NCBI GenBank assembly: GCA_044239965.1
Contig: JBIIAI010000001.1
Coordinates: forward strand, 1,190-65,189
DNA from: Akkermansiaceae bacterium
GTDB lineage: Bacteria > Verrucomicrobiota > Verrucomicrobiia > Verrucomicrobiales > Akkermansiaceae
Reading direction: 5' to 3'
DNA: 64,000 bases
The position numbers and the translations under genes are program-made. Positions within the stretch are counted from its first letter, which is position 1, and each line of letters opens with the position of its first letter. The notes under the pieces are model-generated. The model saw nothing but the letters and a program-made list of their open reading frames with translations, searched no databases and was not told where the DNA came from. Shown here piece by piece: positions 36,718 through 45,823 of this stretch.

Positions 36718-38199
36718 TTAGGTGCCACAAAATGTCTGCCAGACTCGTTCGTGAGCGAGGGGAGCATTTTCCCAGTGGCTGAATTCTTCGATTTCCTGAT
36801 AGGGATTGCGCAGCGCCATGATGGCTTCCTCCGACGGAGAAAAGTCCCCCTGATAGGCTGCTTGGATCACCGCCTCGATCCGATGATTGCGGGGAATGCG
36901 CACAGGGTTGTGCTGTTTCATTTCCTCGAGCAGTGCCGGATTATGCTTGGATTTCCAATCGTCCAACCATTGTTGTGCGATCGTGTGAGAGGAAAACTGC
37001 GCCGCTACGTTGCGGTTCTCTGCGTCTTCGGCATGCCGAGTGAGTGCGCGGAAAAATCGAGTAAAGTCCATCCGCTGATCTGCCAGCATGCCGAGCGATG
37101 ATTTGATCCATGCTGCGCCGTCATCGTCCGTAGCATCAGCGGAGATGCCGAACTTCGCGCGGAACAAGCGCAGGTAGTGACGATGAAAAATATCGCCAAA
37201 AGTTGCCAGCGCCGATTGCGCGATTTCAAGTGCGTGCTGGGAATCGTTCGAGAGCAAAGGCAAGAGCGTTTCGGCAAAACGAGTCATGTTCCAGTGGCCG
37301 ATCGATGGCTGATTTCCCCATGCGTAGCGTGCTTGTTGATCGATGGCACTGAAGACACATTGCGGATGAAATTCATCCATGAAGGCACAAGGACCGTAGT
37401 CGATGGTCTCGCCCGATACCGCGCAGTTGTCGGTATTCATCACGCCGTGAATGAAACCTAACGAAAGCCAATGCGCGATGAGTTGCGCTTGCTTGGCGAT
37501 GACCCATTCGAGCCAGCGAGCGATGGGCTCTGGTTCATCGAGCAAATGCGGAGCATGCCGTGCGATCGCGTAGTTGGTGAGCAGTTGCAGGGCCTCCTGA
37601 TCGTGACGCGAGGAAAAATACTCGAAGGTGCCGACGCGAATGTGACTGGCTGCAACACGAACGATCAGCCCGCCGGGAAATGCTTCTTCGCGATGAACTG
37701 TTTCGCCCGTGCTCAAGGCCGCCAAGGCACGGGTGGTTGGCACGCCGAGTTGATGCATCGCCTCGCTGACAAGATACTCGCGCAGCACAGGGCCAAGTGC
37801 CGCTTTGCCATCGCCATTGCGCGAATATGGAGTGCGACCACTTCCTTTGATGTGAACATCGTAGCGTTGCCCTGCCGCATTGACAATTTCGCCTAACAAA
37901 AGTGCACGACCATCGCCGAGTTGTGGTGAAAATCCGCCGAACTGATGACCTGCATACGCCATGGCAATCGGTTGCAGCGTTTCGGGATAGGATCGCCCGC
38001 CAAGTAGCGCAAGTGCCTCAGGTGATTTCAGCGAATCAGGATCGATGCCAAGAGTCCGGGCAAGTTCTGCATTCACCGCAATCATCTGCGGCAGCGGCCC
38101 CGGTTTCGCCGAGAGCCGAGCATAAAATCGTTCAGGTAGTTGCGCGTAGCTGTGTTCCAGAGGCAAAGTCACCCCGCACCATGGCACTGCTATTTGCAT
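36718..38199 (-). CDS. selO: protein adenylyltransferase SelO (YdiU/UPF0061 family)
   Basis: 493 aa with the family hallmark YAGHQFGGFSPQLGDGRALLLGE, plus GSGRTPYSR, DGKAALGPVLREYLVSEAM and HGVMNTDN. Confidence 0.9.
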   Translation of the reverse strand: MQIAVPWCGVTLPLEHSYAQLPERFYARLSAKPGPLPQMIAVNAELARTLGIDPDSLKSPEALALLGGRSYPETLQPIAMAYAGHQFGGFSPQLGDGRALLLGEIVNAAGQRYDVHIKGSGRTPYSRNGDGKAALGPVLREYLVSEAMHQLGVPTTRALAALSTGETVHREEAFPGGLIVRVAASHIRVGTFEYFSSRHDQEALQLLTNYAIARHAPHLLDEPEPIARWLEWVIAKQAQLIAHWLSLGFIHGVMNTDNCAVSGETIDYGPCAFMDEFHPQCVFSAIDQQARYAWGNQPSIGHWNMTRFAETLLPLLSNDSQHALEIAQSALATFGDIFHRHYLRLFRAKFGISADATDDDGAAWIKSSLGMLADQRMDFTRFFRALTRHAEDAENRNVAAQFSSHTIAQQWLDDWKSKHNPALLEEMKQHNPVRIPRNHRIEAVIQAAYQGDFSPSEEAIMALRNPYQEIEEFSHWENAPLAHERVWQTFCGT

Positions 38200-38428
38200 T
38201 GGTCAACTTCTCGTAGGGTAAGGGTGTATCATCAAAGGGCGTGGTGATTCGGGGAAATGCTGAATTGGGAATTATACGACCAATGAGCTTCTTGTTTGCA
38301 AAATGATTGGGGAAATCGATTTGCGGTAGCATTTTTCAGGATGCATTGATGCTACATTGGTAGCGAGTTTGCGCACTACACCGAATTTTTCATGATAGAT
38401 CGATGGCGTTTGCGTTGTAGTTTTCTCG

Positions 38429-39358
38429 ATGAATTTTCTTTCTCGTGGTATTTTGTTTCCCTTGGCTTTGGCGGTTTGCACGGCGGGGGCGTGGTTGACT
38501 TTGACTCCAACGGAGGCGCTGGCTCAGACGAAAGTCGAGACGAAGAAAAAAATTGTTTTTGTTGCGGGCAAACCGAGTCATCCCAAGGGCGAACATGAGC
38601 ACCGGGCCGGCTGTATGTTGTTGGCAGACCATTTGAACAAGAGTGGATTGCCGGTGGAAGCGGTAGTCGTGACGGATGGCTGGCCTCAGGATGCGAGTGT
38701 GTTTGATGGCGCCGCAGCGGTGGTGATTTATTCGGATGGAGGCAATGGGCATCCAGCGATGCGGCAATTGCAGGTGATGCGTGCGATGATCGAAAAAGGT
38801 GTCGGCATCGGCTGCATTCACTATGCGGTGGAAATTCCTGCGGGTGAAGCGGGTGATACCATGCTCGATGGCATTGGCGGATATTTTGAAATGAATTGGT
38901 CAGTCAATCCTCATTGGGATGCGAAGTTTACCCTACCAGAGCATGAGATCACGCGCGGCATCGATGCTTTCAGCATTCGTGATGAATGGTACTACCACAT
39001 GCGTTTTCGCAAGGAAATGGAAGGCATCAAGCCGATCTTGAGTGATCTGCCACCGAACGAAACTCTCACACGTGGCGATGGTCCGCACTCGGGCAATCCG
39101 CATGTGCGCGCTGCGGTGCAAGAGCGCAAGGAATTGCAGCATGTGATGTGGGCCTTTGATCGTCCCAAGTCACTGGGTGGTGGTCGCGGGTTCGGCTTTA
39201 CTGGTGGGCATTTCCATAAAAATTGGCAGCACGATGATCATCGCCGTGTGGTGCTGAATGCGATCACCTGGATCGCGGGTGTGGAAGTGCCTGCGGATGG
39301 TGTGCCATCAGCCACGCCTGATGACGCGGCGATGAAGGCGAACTTGGATGCGAAGTGA
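38429..39358 (+). CDS. secreted ThuA-like (class I glutamine-amidotransferase-like fold) protein
   Basis: 309 aa. Signal peptide, then KKIVFVAGKPSHPKGEHEHRAGCMLLADHL and later FGFTGGHFHKNW. This pattern is typical of ThuA-domain proteins of Planctomycetota and Verrucomicrobiota as I remember them. Confidence 0.6.
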   Translation: MNFLSRGILFPLALAVCTAGAWLTLTPTEALAQTKVETKKKIVFVAGKPSHPKGEHEHRAGCMLLADHLNKSGLPVEAVVVTDGWPQDASVFDGAAAVVIYSDGGNGHPAMRQLQVMRAMIEKGVGIGCIHYAVEIPAGEAGDTMLDGIGGYFEMNWSVNPHWDAKFTLPEHEITRGIDAFSIRDEWYYHMRFRKEMEGIKPILSDLPPNETLTRGDGPHSGNPHVRAAVQERKELQHVMWAFDRPKSLGGGRGFGFTGGHFHKNWQHDDHRRVVLNAITWIAGVEVPADGVPSATPDDAAMKANLDAK

Positions 39359-39364
39359 AATGGC

Positions 39365-40792
39365 TCACACGGCACCCAGTCCTGGGCCGGTGAGGTCTTT
39401 GGTGTGATACTTGCCATCGTGGCTGGCGAAGATGCCGGGGAAACGTTTTTCCCAACCGGCGTTGGCGATGGGCACATACTGGCGGGCGTTTGATTCGATG
39501 GTCGAAACTCCCGGCACGTGGGCGGCGATGCCGCAGGAATGGACTAGCGATGCACCGGGGCAGGTGAGGTCTTGCACGCAGGAAAACATGTCGTATTTCT
39601 TTCCCGCTACGGCCATGAGGATTGCGTGGCTTTGGCCCTTGCAGGCCTTGAGGCACATGCCGGTGTAGCCGATTTCGCGCGCGGCGAGTAGGGTTTCGAG
39701 ATCGGTGAGTGATTCATCGATGACCACGGGGCGGATTTTCGATGCCGCATGCATCGGCTGTTGCGGTGGCGTGAGGATGTCGCGTTTGGTTGGCTGTTCG
39801 AGATAGAGAATGTCATCCAATGCGCGCGGAGATTTTTCGCCGACCTTTTGCAAAAATTCCATCAGGTAGGCGGCATCGGGGCATTTTTCATTAAAATCGC
39901 AGCAGTATTTCCATTCGACATCAGGTCGTGTGGCGCGGGCGACGTGATCGATGGCAAGCGTGCGCTCGATGTCCCAGTCGAGGTTCTCTCCTTGGAGTTT
40001 GATTTTGATGCGCTGGAGTTTGTCGTGACGGATCCACTCGGCGAGTGTTTCGGGCAGACCATCGTTGATGCGTTCTTTGAGTTCGTCAGGCGTGACGGCA
40101 TCGAGTCCGCCGACCGAGTGAAACAACCAGATCCAGTCGTGGGGTTTGCGGGCGAGAAAGGTTTCGGGATAGAATCCCTGAAAATCTTTGCCGAGATAAC
40201 GCGAGAGATCGTAGCCCATGCACTCGGCATTGTAGGTGTCGTAACTGCTCACGCCTAGCGATTTTCCCATCGCATCGTGAAGCGCGGCATCGAAGGCGCT
40301 GGCGACAACTTGCGTGCAGAGCTTGGGGATCGGCGTGGCGAGTTTGTGCTGCTTGCTGATGTCGATCGCCGCGGCGAGATAAGCGGGTTCGAGCACATGG
40401 TTGATTTCGATTGGATGGGCGCGTTCTTGGTAATCGGCGGTGATGCGCTGGATTTCTTTTGCTAGCAGGCGCATGGCATCGAGCGTTTGCTCGTAGGTCA
40501 TTTCCTTCGAGGGATAAGACCAAATGTTGCCCATCGGCATGGCACCGGAGCCTTGGGTCGACTTGCCATTGGCTCCTTCCACGGTGACATCGACGTGAAG
40601 CATCGTCACGCGATCGACGGCGGTGCCACCAAACTTGTAGGGCATGCGATACTTGTGCTCGATGAATTTCATGTCCACCTCGCGAATGCGAATGCCCTTG
40701 TGATCAGGTGTGGTGTGGATCGCAGGCGCGGCCCCGATGGTCCAGATGGATCCGAGCGCGGCGCTGCCATGAAGAAAATCTCTGCGTGTCAT
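39365..40792 (-). CDS. enolase-superfamily (mandelate racemase/muconate lactonizing-like) enzyme with a twin-arginine signal
   Basis: The ORF opens at 40903, but the ATG at 40792 gives MTRRDFLHGSAALGSIWTIGAAPA, a Tat motif (T-R-R-x-F-L). The core shows KxK (RIKIKLQG) and the metal-ligand series CDFNEK, LYLEQP, VVIDESL. Confidence 0.65.
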   Translation of the reverse strand: MTRRDFLHGSAALGSIWTIGAAPAIHTTPDHKGIRIREVDMKFIEHKYRMPYKFGGTAVDRVTMLHVDVTVEGANGKSTQGSGAMPMGNIWSYPSKEMTYEQTLDAMRLLAKEIQRITADYQERAHPIEINHVLEPAYLAAAIDISKQHKLATPIPKLCTQVVASAFDAALHDAMGKSLGVSSYDTYNAECMGYDLSRYLGKDFQGFYPETFLARKPHDWIWLFHSVGGLDAVTPDELKERINDGLPETLAEWIRHDKLQRIKIKLQGENLDWDIERTLAIDHVARATRPDVEWKYCCDFNEKCPDAAYLMEFLQKVGEKSPRALDDILYLEQPTKRDILTPPQQPMHAASKIRPVVIDESLTDLETLLAAREIGYTGMCLKACKGQSHAILMAVAGKKYDMFSCVQDLTCPGASLVHSCGIAAHVPGVSTIESNARQYVPIANAGWEKRFPGIFASHDGKYHTKDLTGPGLGAV

Positions 40793-40925
40793 GATGTGAT
40801 CATCGGCAAACGTGGCTCGGCGGCAAGGGAAAAGTGGGATTTTAAAGTGCAGGGCGATCAAGCATTCTGATGTCGAGCGTTTCGGACAAAGTCGAAAGAG
40901 CAATCAATCGTCAACGAGTCATCTC

Positions 40926-42992
40926 TCATTCTTGCTCAAGGCCAAGTGCTTGCCTTTGCTCGCGATCCAAGGCTTTCATCACGCGAGCTTCAAAACCTCC
41001 GGTCATGGCATCGGGTGAAAGTGCGAGCAGAGTGTCTTTTTTCACCCAGTAGCTTTCCATGGATTGGAGTGTAAGGATCGTGCAGAAAAGAACGACAAGA
41101 CTCGCCGCCGAAAAGGGCAAGAGCATGGTGCGACGAAGCGCATGCATCACTCGCCGATACGGTTGCCGCGAAAAACGTTCGCGCAGGCCATTGATGAGCA
41201 ACCACAGCAACGAGGGAATCATGCAGCATCCGATCACTGTATAAAGCATGTCATCCGACAACTCGGTAAAAACTTTGAACGTCAGCGCATGCATCGGAAT
41301 CAAGACGAGCACCACGCACAGCCATCCGATGCCGAGACTCCAGCTTTTCTTTTGTTGCCCCATCATTTCCCAGTGCTTGGTCGTGCGATGAATCAAAATC
41401 CGCGGCAAGATCAGCATGATCAGCCCCACGCAAGCAGCAGGTACATATGGCACTAAAAACATTTCTTCGAATCCCGTATCTTTGCCCGCGAATGGGGTAA
41501 ACCAGTAGAGACTTGCGAAGTAAGCCATCGGCAACAAGACACTCCAGGAAAATAGTTTCGCGTGTGAACTCCAAGGAACGGTTGGCCATACTTCGGCACC
41601 CAATCGCAACAACGGCTTGCGCCGACGAAAGGCGAGGTTGAAGGGAAAGAACAGTAGGAAGAGCACGCTGGAAAAAATCGCTACGATGCGCATCGTAAAG
41701 GAGTGCTCGGCATAGCGGAGGGGAGCGAGTTCGGTTGGGCTTGGAGTTATTGGAGCGAGCAAAAGATGGTTGTGCCATTGCATATTCCCACTGAAGTATG
41801 AAGCTTTTTGCCAACCTTCGCTAGCATCTCCCCTATTAAATGTTTCGCTAGCTTTGAATCGATTAATATCGTATTGGTCGATTGAATTGGCGCGGCTCAT
41901 CCATTCATTGACTAAATTTGTGTCAATTTGATTGGTGTTCATGATCTTTATTTGTAGACTCGTCGCGATAGCGAAATGATGCCAGAGCGATGGCTTTCGC
42001 AAACTCTCTTTCGATCTTTTTTTGTCATATAAAATTTGAAAATCTACATCTCTCATTAAATTCTCTTTTTCAAGTGATGATAGATTGTCGCTTTGTAGAT
42101 AAGCCTCTATTATATTTGAGATAAAGAAATTTGGAAGCCAGTCCACATTGACGCTATTAATATAGCATCTATTAGAAATAACTTCTTGTAGGCTTCCGCT
42201 ATTACTAAGTAATGAGAAACGCTTGCGATAAATATCGCTAGCATAACTTTCAAATGTAGGTTGATGCAAGGATTTGCGCCAAAGGGCTAATGCCTTTTTG
42301 GCTTTTTGGTTATCCATGATCGTTTTTTGATAAATTCCTTGATAAGCTAAAAATAACTGGTTTTTGGTAGTTGTGCTAATAGATTTTTTTGGAGTAAAAA
42401 TAGCACGCGGCTGAAGCTCATCGCCGGTTTTTGTAGCGTTGGCCGCAGTTGCGCAGGCAGCTAAGTAGGTGAACCATCCGTTGTCGGGATCGATGCGTTT
42501 TGTGATTTCTAAGAAGCCTTCTGGGACATCACCTTTTTCTTGAAAATAATACCAGCAATACTCTGCATAATTTGCGGGATTGTTCGGGTCGCGTTCCCAT
42601 AAAGCACGCATTTGACTGGCTTTGCCATTGCGCGTGGTATCGCCGTAAAGCAGAAATTTTTCTTCGGGCGAGTTTGTCGCGACCGCTGGTGCTTTTGCGA
42701 AGTACCAATACGATTCATTCCATAAAAAACGTAGGCTAGGATACATCTGCCACGTTTTCCATGCGATGAGAGCAAACAAGATCACAGCGAGTCCTGCGCA
42801 GAGTTGCGAGGCCCGCGCGCGGTGCTTTTGTTGTGCCAGAGTAACCTCTGTGAGAGCATTGAGGTTCTTTGGCAAATCGTTGGAATCGGGGTCGATGATT
42901 TCGTGCAACATGCCCATGGCATGGAGTTGTTGCTCGGCATTGTCATCGAGCGATTTAGTCCAGCGCTCTATCAGTTGCTCTTTAGGTGACAC
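40926..42992 (-). CDS. multi-pass membrane protein of unknown function: N-terminal cytoplasmic segment, TM, helical periplasmic region, C-terminal roughly 6-TM bundle
   Basis: 688 aa. The first TM is LCAGLAVILFALIAW. The C-terminal third holds several hydrophobic helices (IVAIFSSVLFLLFFPF, LLPMAYFASLYWF, ACVGLIMLILPRIL, GWLCVVLVLIPMHAL, IGCCMIPSLLWLLI, LPFSAASLVVLFCTIL). I recognise no catalytic motif. Confidence 0.6.
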   Translation of the reverse strand: MSPKEQLIERWTKSLDDNAEQQLHAMGMLHEIIDPDSNDLPKNLNALTEVTLAQQKHRARASQLCAGLAVILFALIAWKTWQMYPSLRFLWNESYWYFAKAPAVATNSPEEKFLLYGDTTRNGKASQMRALWERDPNNPANYAEYCWYYFQEKGDVPEGFLEITKRIDPDNGWFTYLAACATAANATKTGDELQPRAIFTPKKSISTTTKNQLFLAYQGIYQKTIMDNQKAKKALALWRKSLHQPTFESYASDIYRKRFSLLSNSGSLQEVISNRCYINSVNVDWLPNFFISNIIEAYLQSDNLSSLEKENLMRDVDFQILYDKKRSKESLRKPSLWHHFAIATSLQIKIMNTNQIDTNLVNEWMSRANSIDQYDINRFKASETFNRGDASEGWQKASYFSGNMQWHNHLLLAPITPSPTELAPLRYAEHSFTMRIVAIFSSVLFLLFFPFNLAFRRRKPLLRLGAEVWPTVPWSSHAKLFSWSVLLPMAYFASLYWFTPFAGKDTGFEEMFLVPYVPAACVGLIMLILPRILIHRTTKHWEMMGQQKKSWSLGIGWLCVVLVLIPMHALTFKVFTELSDDMLYTVIGCCMIPSLLWLLINGLRERFSRQPYRRVMHALRRTMLLPFSAASLVVLFCTILTLQSMESYWVKKDTLLALSPDAMTGGFEARVMKALDREQRQALGLEQE

Positions 42993-43060
42993 AATTTCTT
43001 TCTAGCGAGAGTCACGCTAGGGTAAAGAAAAAATGGTAACTGCGTGCTGATGAGTTGATT

Positions 43061-43648
43061 TTAGAATGTCTTGTTCGAGGCCCAAGATAAAGCGGAATCG
43101 ATGTTATCGAATGTTTCACCACTTTGCTGTTCGAGGTGTAGAAGAATGGCGCTGTTGATGTGACTATCGTTGCGTTCTGCTGCGGCGCGCCACAGCGAAG
43201 CTTGGATCGGATGTGTGATCTCTGAAACATCAAATAGTAACTCGTTCACGATGTCGGCAGGACCCAATCGAAAAAACTCTTTCAATTTCTCGCTGGCATC
43301 GGGGAGGTGAGAGACCGAATGCAAATTTTCTCGGAGCGCTTCCATCCCTTGTTGTTTTTGCAGTTCATCAGTATTCGTGTACAATGCATCAATCGAAGCC
43401 ATAAACCGCGCCCGCTCTTGTTCGTTGTATTGGGTTTCGGCGATGTGTTCTGAAGAACTCGCATCATTCTTCTTGGCTGCATCAGCGCGCCCTATTGTCG
43501 CCGCAGATGATCGATGCAGTGGCATCTTTTTATTGGTCATGGGGAATTGTGTTACATTTTCTTCTGATGAGGAGTTATGGGCTTTCTGGATGGCGATCCA
43601 GGCTGATATAGCTAATAAAATTCCTGCAATGTAGTAATGGCGTTTCAT
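43061..43648 (-). CDS. membrane-anchored helical hypothetical protein
   Basis: The ORF opens at 43738. The ATG at 43648 gives MKRHYYIAGILLAISAWIAIQKA, an N-terminal anchor or signal. The remainder is helical and charged. The region is AT-rich. Confidence 0.5.
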   Translation of the reverse strand: MKRHYYIAGILLAISAWIAIQKAHNSSSEENVTQFPMTNKKMPLHRSSAATIGRADAAKKNDASSSEHIAETQYNEQERARFMASIDALYTNTDELQKQQGMEALRENLHSVSHLPDASEKLKEFFRLGPADIVNELLFDVSEITHPIQASLWRAAAERNDSHINSAILLHLEQQSGETFDNIDSALSWASNKTF

Positions 43649-43724
43649 ATATTTTAATGTAATAGATTTACCGGATAAAATAAGATATTCTATCCGGTAG
43701 TTGTCATGCGATCGAAAAGATCTA

Positions 43725-44300
43725 TTAGTTTGTGGCAACAGTATAACCGCGTTTGGTGAAATAGGCTTTCAATGCTGTTTCTGCAGCAGCAAAGGTGGCT
43801 GATGTGGGCGAAGTGGGTAGATAGATTCCACGATTCAGAGTCGCATTCGCTGTTGCGCTTTTGATGATGGCAGATGCTGTAGAACTGGATTGGGAAGTTG
43901 CGGTGATCAGATCCAATCTGAGGATAATTTTCCCTGTTTTATCAAGACTCACAAGGAGTGGCGGATTGACCGATGACTGACCAATCACAGCGTTTCCAAC
44001 TGCAAACAGGCCACGCTTAGACACTCCGGTAACTGCGAAAGTGCTGTCTTTCTTAAACTTGCGGGTTTTCGTGTCGACGTCGTATTTTGCAACGGCCAAT
44101 GGTTGGATGTTGGCATCGTAATCAAGAACATAAAAGCTCATGACGCTTGTCGCCGTTTGGGTTCTTGTGGTTGCCGAGAATGTGAGGCTTGCGGTATCTG
44201 TTTTGCCAGCATAGATTCCGATTGTTCCTGCGTTACTCGATTGCATCATAACGAATGCAGCAAAGATTCCTGCGCCAATTTTTTTAATGGTAGTTTGCAT
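43725..44300 (-). CDS. secreted beta-rich hypothetical protein
   Basis: 191 aa. Signal peptide MQTTIKKIGAGIFAAFVMMQSSNAG. The body is Thr/Ser/Ala-rich and beta-strand-like. Confidence 0.55.
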   Translation of the reverse strand: MQTTIKKIGAGIFAAFVMMQSSNAGTIGIYAGKTDTASLTFSATTRTQTATSVMSFYVLDYDANIQPLAVAKYDVDTKTRKFKKDSTFAVTGVSKRGLFAVGNAVIGQSSVNPPLLVSLDKTGKIILRLDLITATSQSSSTASAIIKSATANATLNRGIYLPTSPTSATFAAAETALKAYFTKRGYTVATN

Positions 44301-44390
44301 TTTGGTAATATTGTTTTGTTGATTGGAGTATTAAATCGCTCCACTAAAATATTCGATACATCCTTCAATTTTGGATCACAGAAATGCGAA

Positions 44391-44609
44391 TTAATTTTTA
44401 TTTTGTGCATTTCTTGTGGATCGTGTTAGAGAAAAATCTGGATCTTTGCGTTTTATCGCAACAACAAACTTGCCGGAATACAGGTCAGATGAGCTGTGTA
44501 AGGTTCGTTGTTTTGTCGCAGTGACCTCTGTCAGGGCATGGAGTTGTTGCTCGGCATTGTCGTCGAGTGACTCGGTCCAGTCTTCGATCAATTTTTTTCT
44601 GTGGCCCAT
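44391..44609 (-). pseudogene. truncated duplicate of the 5' end of the 688-aa membrane-protein gene
   Basis: MGHRKKLIEDWTESLDDNAEQQLHALTEVTATKQR parallels MSPKEQLIERWTKSLDDNAEQQLHAM...LNALTEVTLAQQKHR of the 40926-42992 gene. That includes 27 identical nucleotides (44535-44561 versus 42918-42944). The reading then runs into unrelated low-complexity sequence and stops. Confidence 0.55.
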
Positions 44610-44698
44610 TTTTTCACGTAGGTGCGATGATGGGGTAAAGTAACATGCGCTGGCTTCGGCTTGCATTGTTGAGAAACGAGTCGTATTTTCCCACAGCC

Positions 44699-45307
44699 AT
44701 GACTGATCTTTTCACTCCTGATCCTCAGCAGAATCTTTTGCCTTACGATGGCGAGGTATTTGATCATGGAGTGATTTTTGCTCCGCGTGAAGCCGATGCG
44801 TGGATGGAGGAGTTGCGTCACTCGGCGCCTTGGCAGCACGATGAAGTCATGATGTTTGGCAAACGCATCGTGACGGCGCGTGAGGTGGCGTGGTATTCAG
44901 ATGCGGGCATCAGTTATCGATACTCTGGCGTGGTGCGCCATCCGCATGCTTGGTCGCAACCGCTGTTGGCCTTGAAAGCCATCGTCGAAAAACGCTGCGG
45001 CGTGGTGTTTCATTCTTGCTTGCTGAACTTGTACCATCACGGGGAACAAGGCATGGGCTGGCACAGTGACGATGAGGCATCGATCATCGCGCAATCGCCG
45101 ATTGCTTCGCTAAGCTTCGGTGCCGAGCGCAGGTTTTGCTTCAAGCACAAACGCGAAGCGCGATCCTGCGAAACAACTCTCGCCCATGGTTCCTTGCTGG
45201 TCATGCAAGGTGCCACACAGCAATGCTGGTTGCACCGCATCCCGCCGATGAAGGCGGTGAAAGAACCTCGCATCAATCTGACTTTTCGGCAGATGGTGAT
45301 GGGGTGA
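44699..45307 (+). CDS. alkB: AlkB-like Fe(II)/2-oxoglutarate-dependent dioxygenase
   Basis: The ATG at 44699 gives MTDLFTPDPQQNLLPYDGEV. It shows the HxD motif (GWHSDDE), a distal His (WLHRIPP) and the RINLTFR 2OG-binding Arg motif. About 202 aa. Confidence 0.8.
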   Translation: MTDLFTPDPQQNLLPYDGEVFDHGVIFAPREADAWMEELRHSAPWQHDEVMMFGKRIVTAREVAWYSDAGISYRYSGVVRHPHAWSQPLLALKAIVEKRCGVVFHSCLLNLYHHGEQGMGWHSDDEASIIAQSPIASLSFGAERRFCFKHKREARSCETTLAHGSLLVMQGATQQCWLHRIPPMKAVKEPRINLTFRQMVMG

Positions 45308-45320
45308 TGCGAGTGCTTTC

Positions 45321-45818
45321 CTATGGGCTATTGTGAATTTTTTCCGACAATAACTTTTGAGCTGCAGCGAGGTCTTGCTCAGTGAAAAATCGGTGGGGTA
45401 GGGTAATCGCCAACATTGGGCTGAGGTGCAAAAACAAGATGCCATGTTTCGACTGCCATTTCATGAAACGATTCCATTTCGTTAGGGCTGGTTCACCGCG
45501 ATCATCGTTGCTATGAAAACCTTCTTCATCAATAAAACCTGTTAGTTCATCGCGAAGGCGGTTGTATTGCACAAACTGCTTGCGACAGCGATGTCGGAAT
45601 ATGATCGGCGAAAGAACAAACAATACCAAGATAAAATAAACCGCTAGCGCTCCGTAGAAAAAGTCTACCTGTTCGGCGCTTAGGGTGCGATAGAGGCAAA
45701 ACAATCCGGCCAGTGCGATGATCGCACGATACCATAACCTGCGCTGAAAGCTGAGGATCTTTTGCGCGGTCACATACTCGTCGAGTGTGATGGTGCCTTG
45801 ATAGCGAATGGAATTCAT
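45321..45818 (-). CDS. small two-TM membrane protein, YcxB-like
   Basis: The track ORF starts on TTG at 45830. The ATG at 45818 (MNSIRYQGTITLDEY...) lies 5 nt after the upstream ATPase stop. It has two adjacent TM helices (AIIALAGLFCLY, ALAVYFILVLFVLSPIIF) and then a soluble tail. The family assignment is a weak recollection. Confidence 0.4.
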   Translation of the reverse strand: MNSIRYQGTITLDEYVTAQKILSFQRRLWYRAIIALAGLFCLYRTLSAEQVDFFYGALAVYFILVLFVLSPIIFRHRCRKQFVQYNRLRDELTGFIDEEGFHSNDDRGEPALTKWNRFMKWQSKHGILFLHLSPMLAITLPHRFFTEQDLAAAQKLLSEKIHNSP

Positions 45819-45823
45819 CGTTA

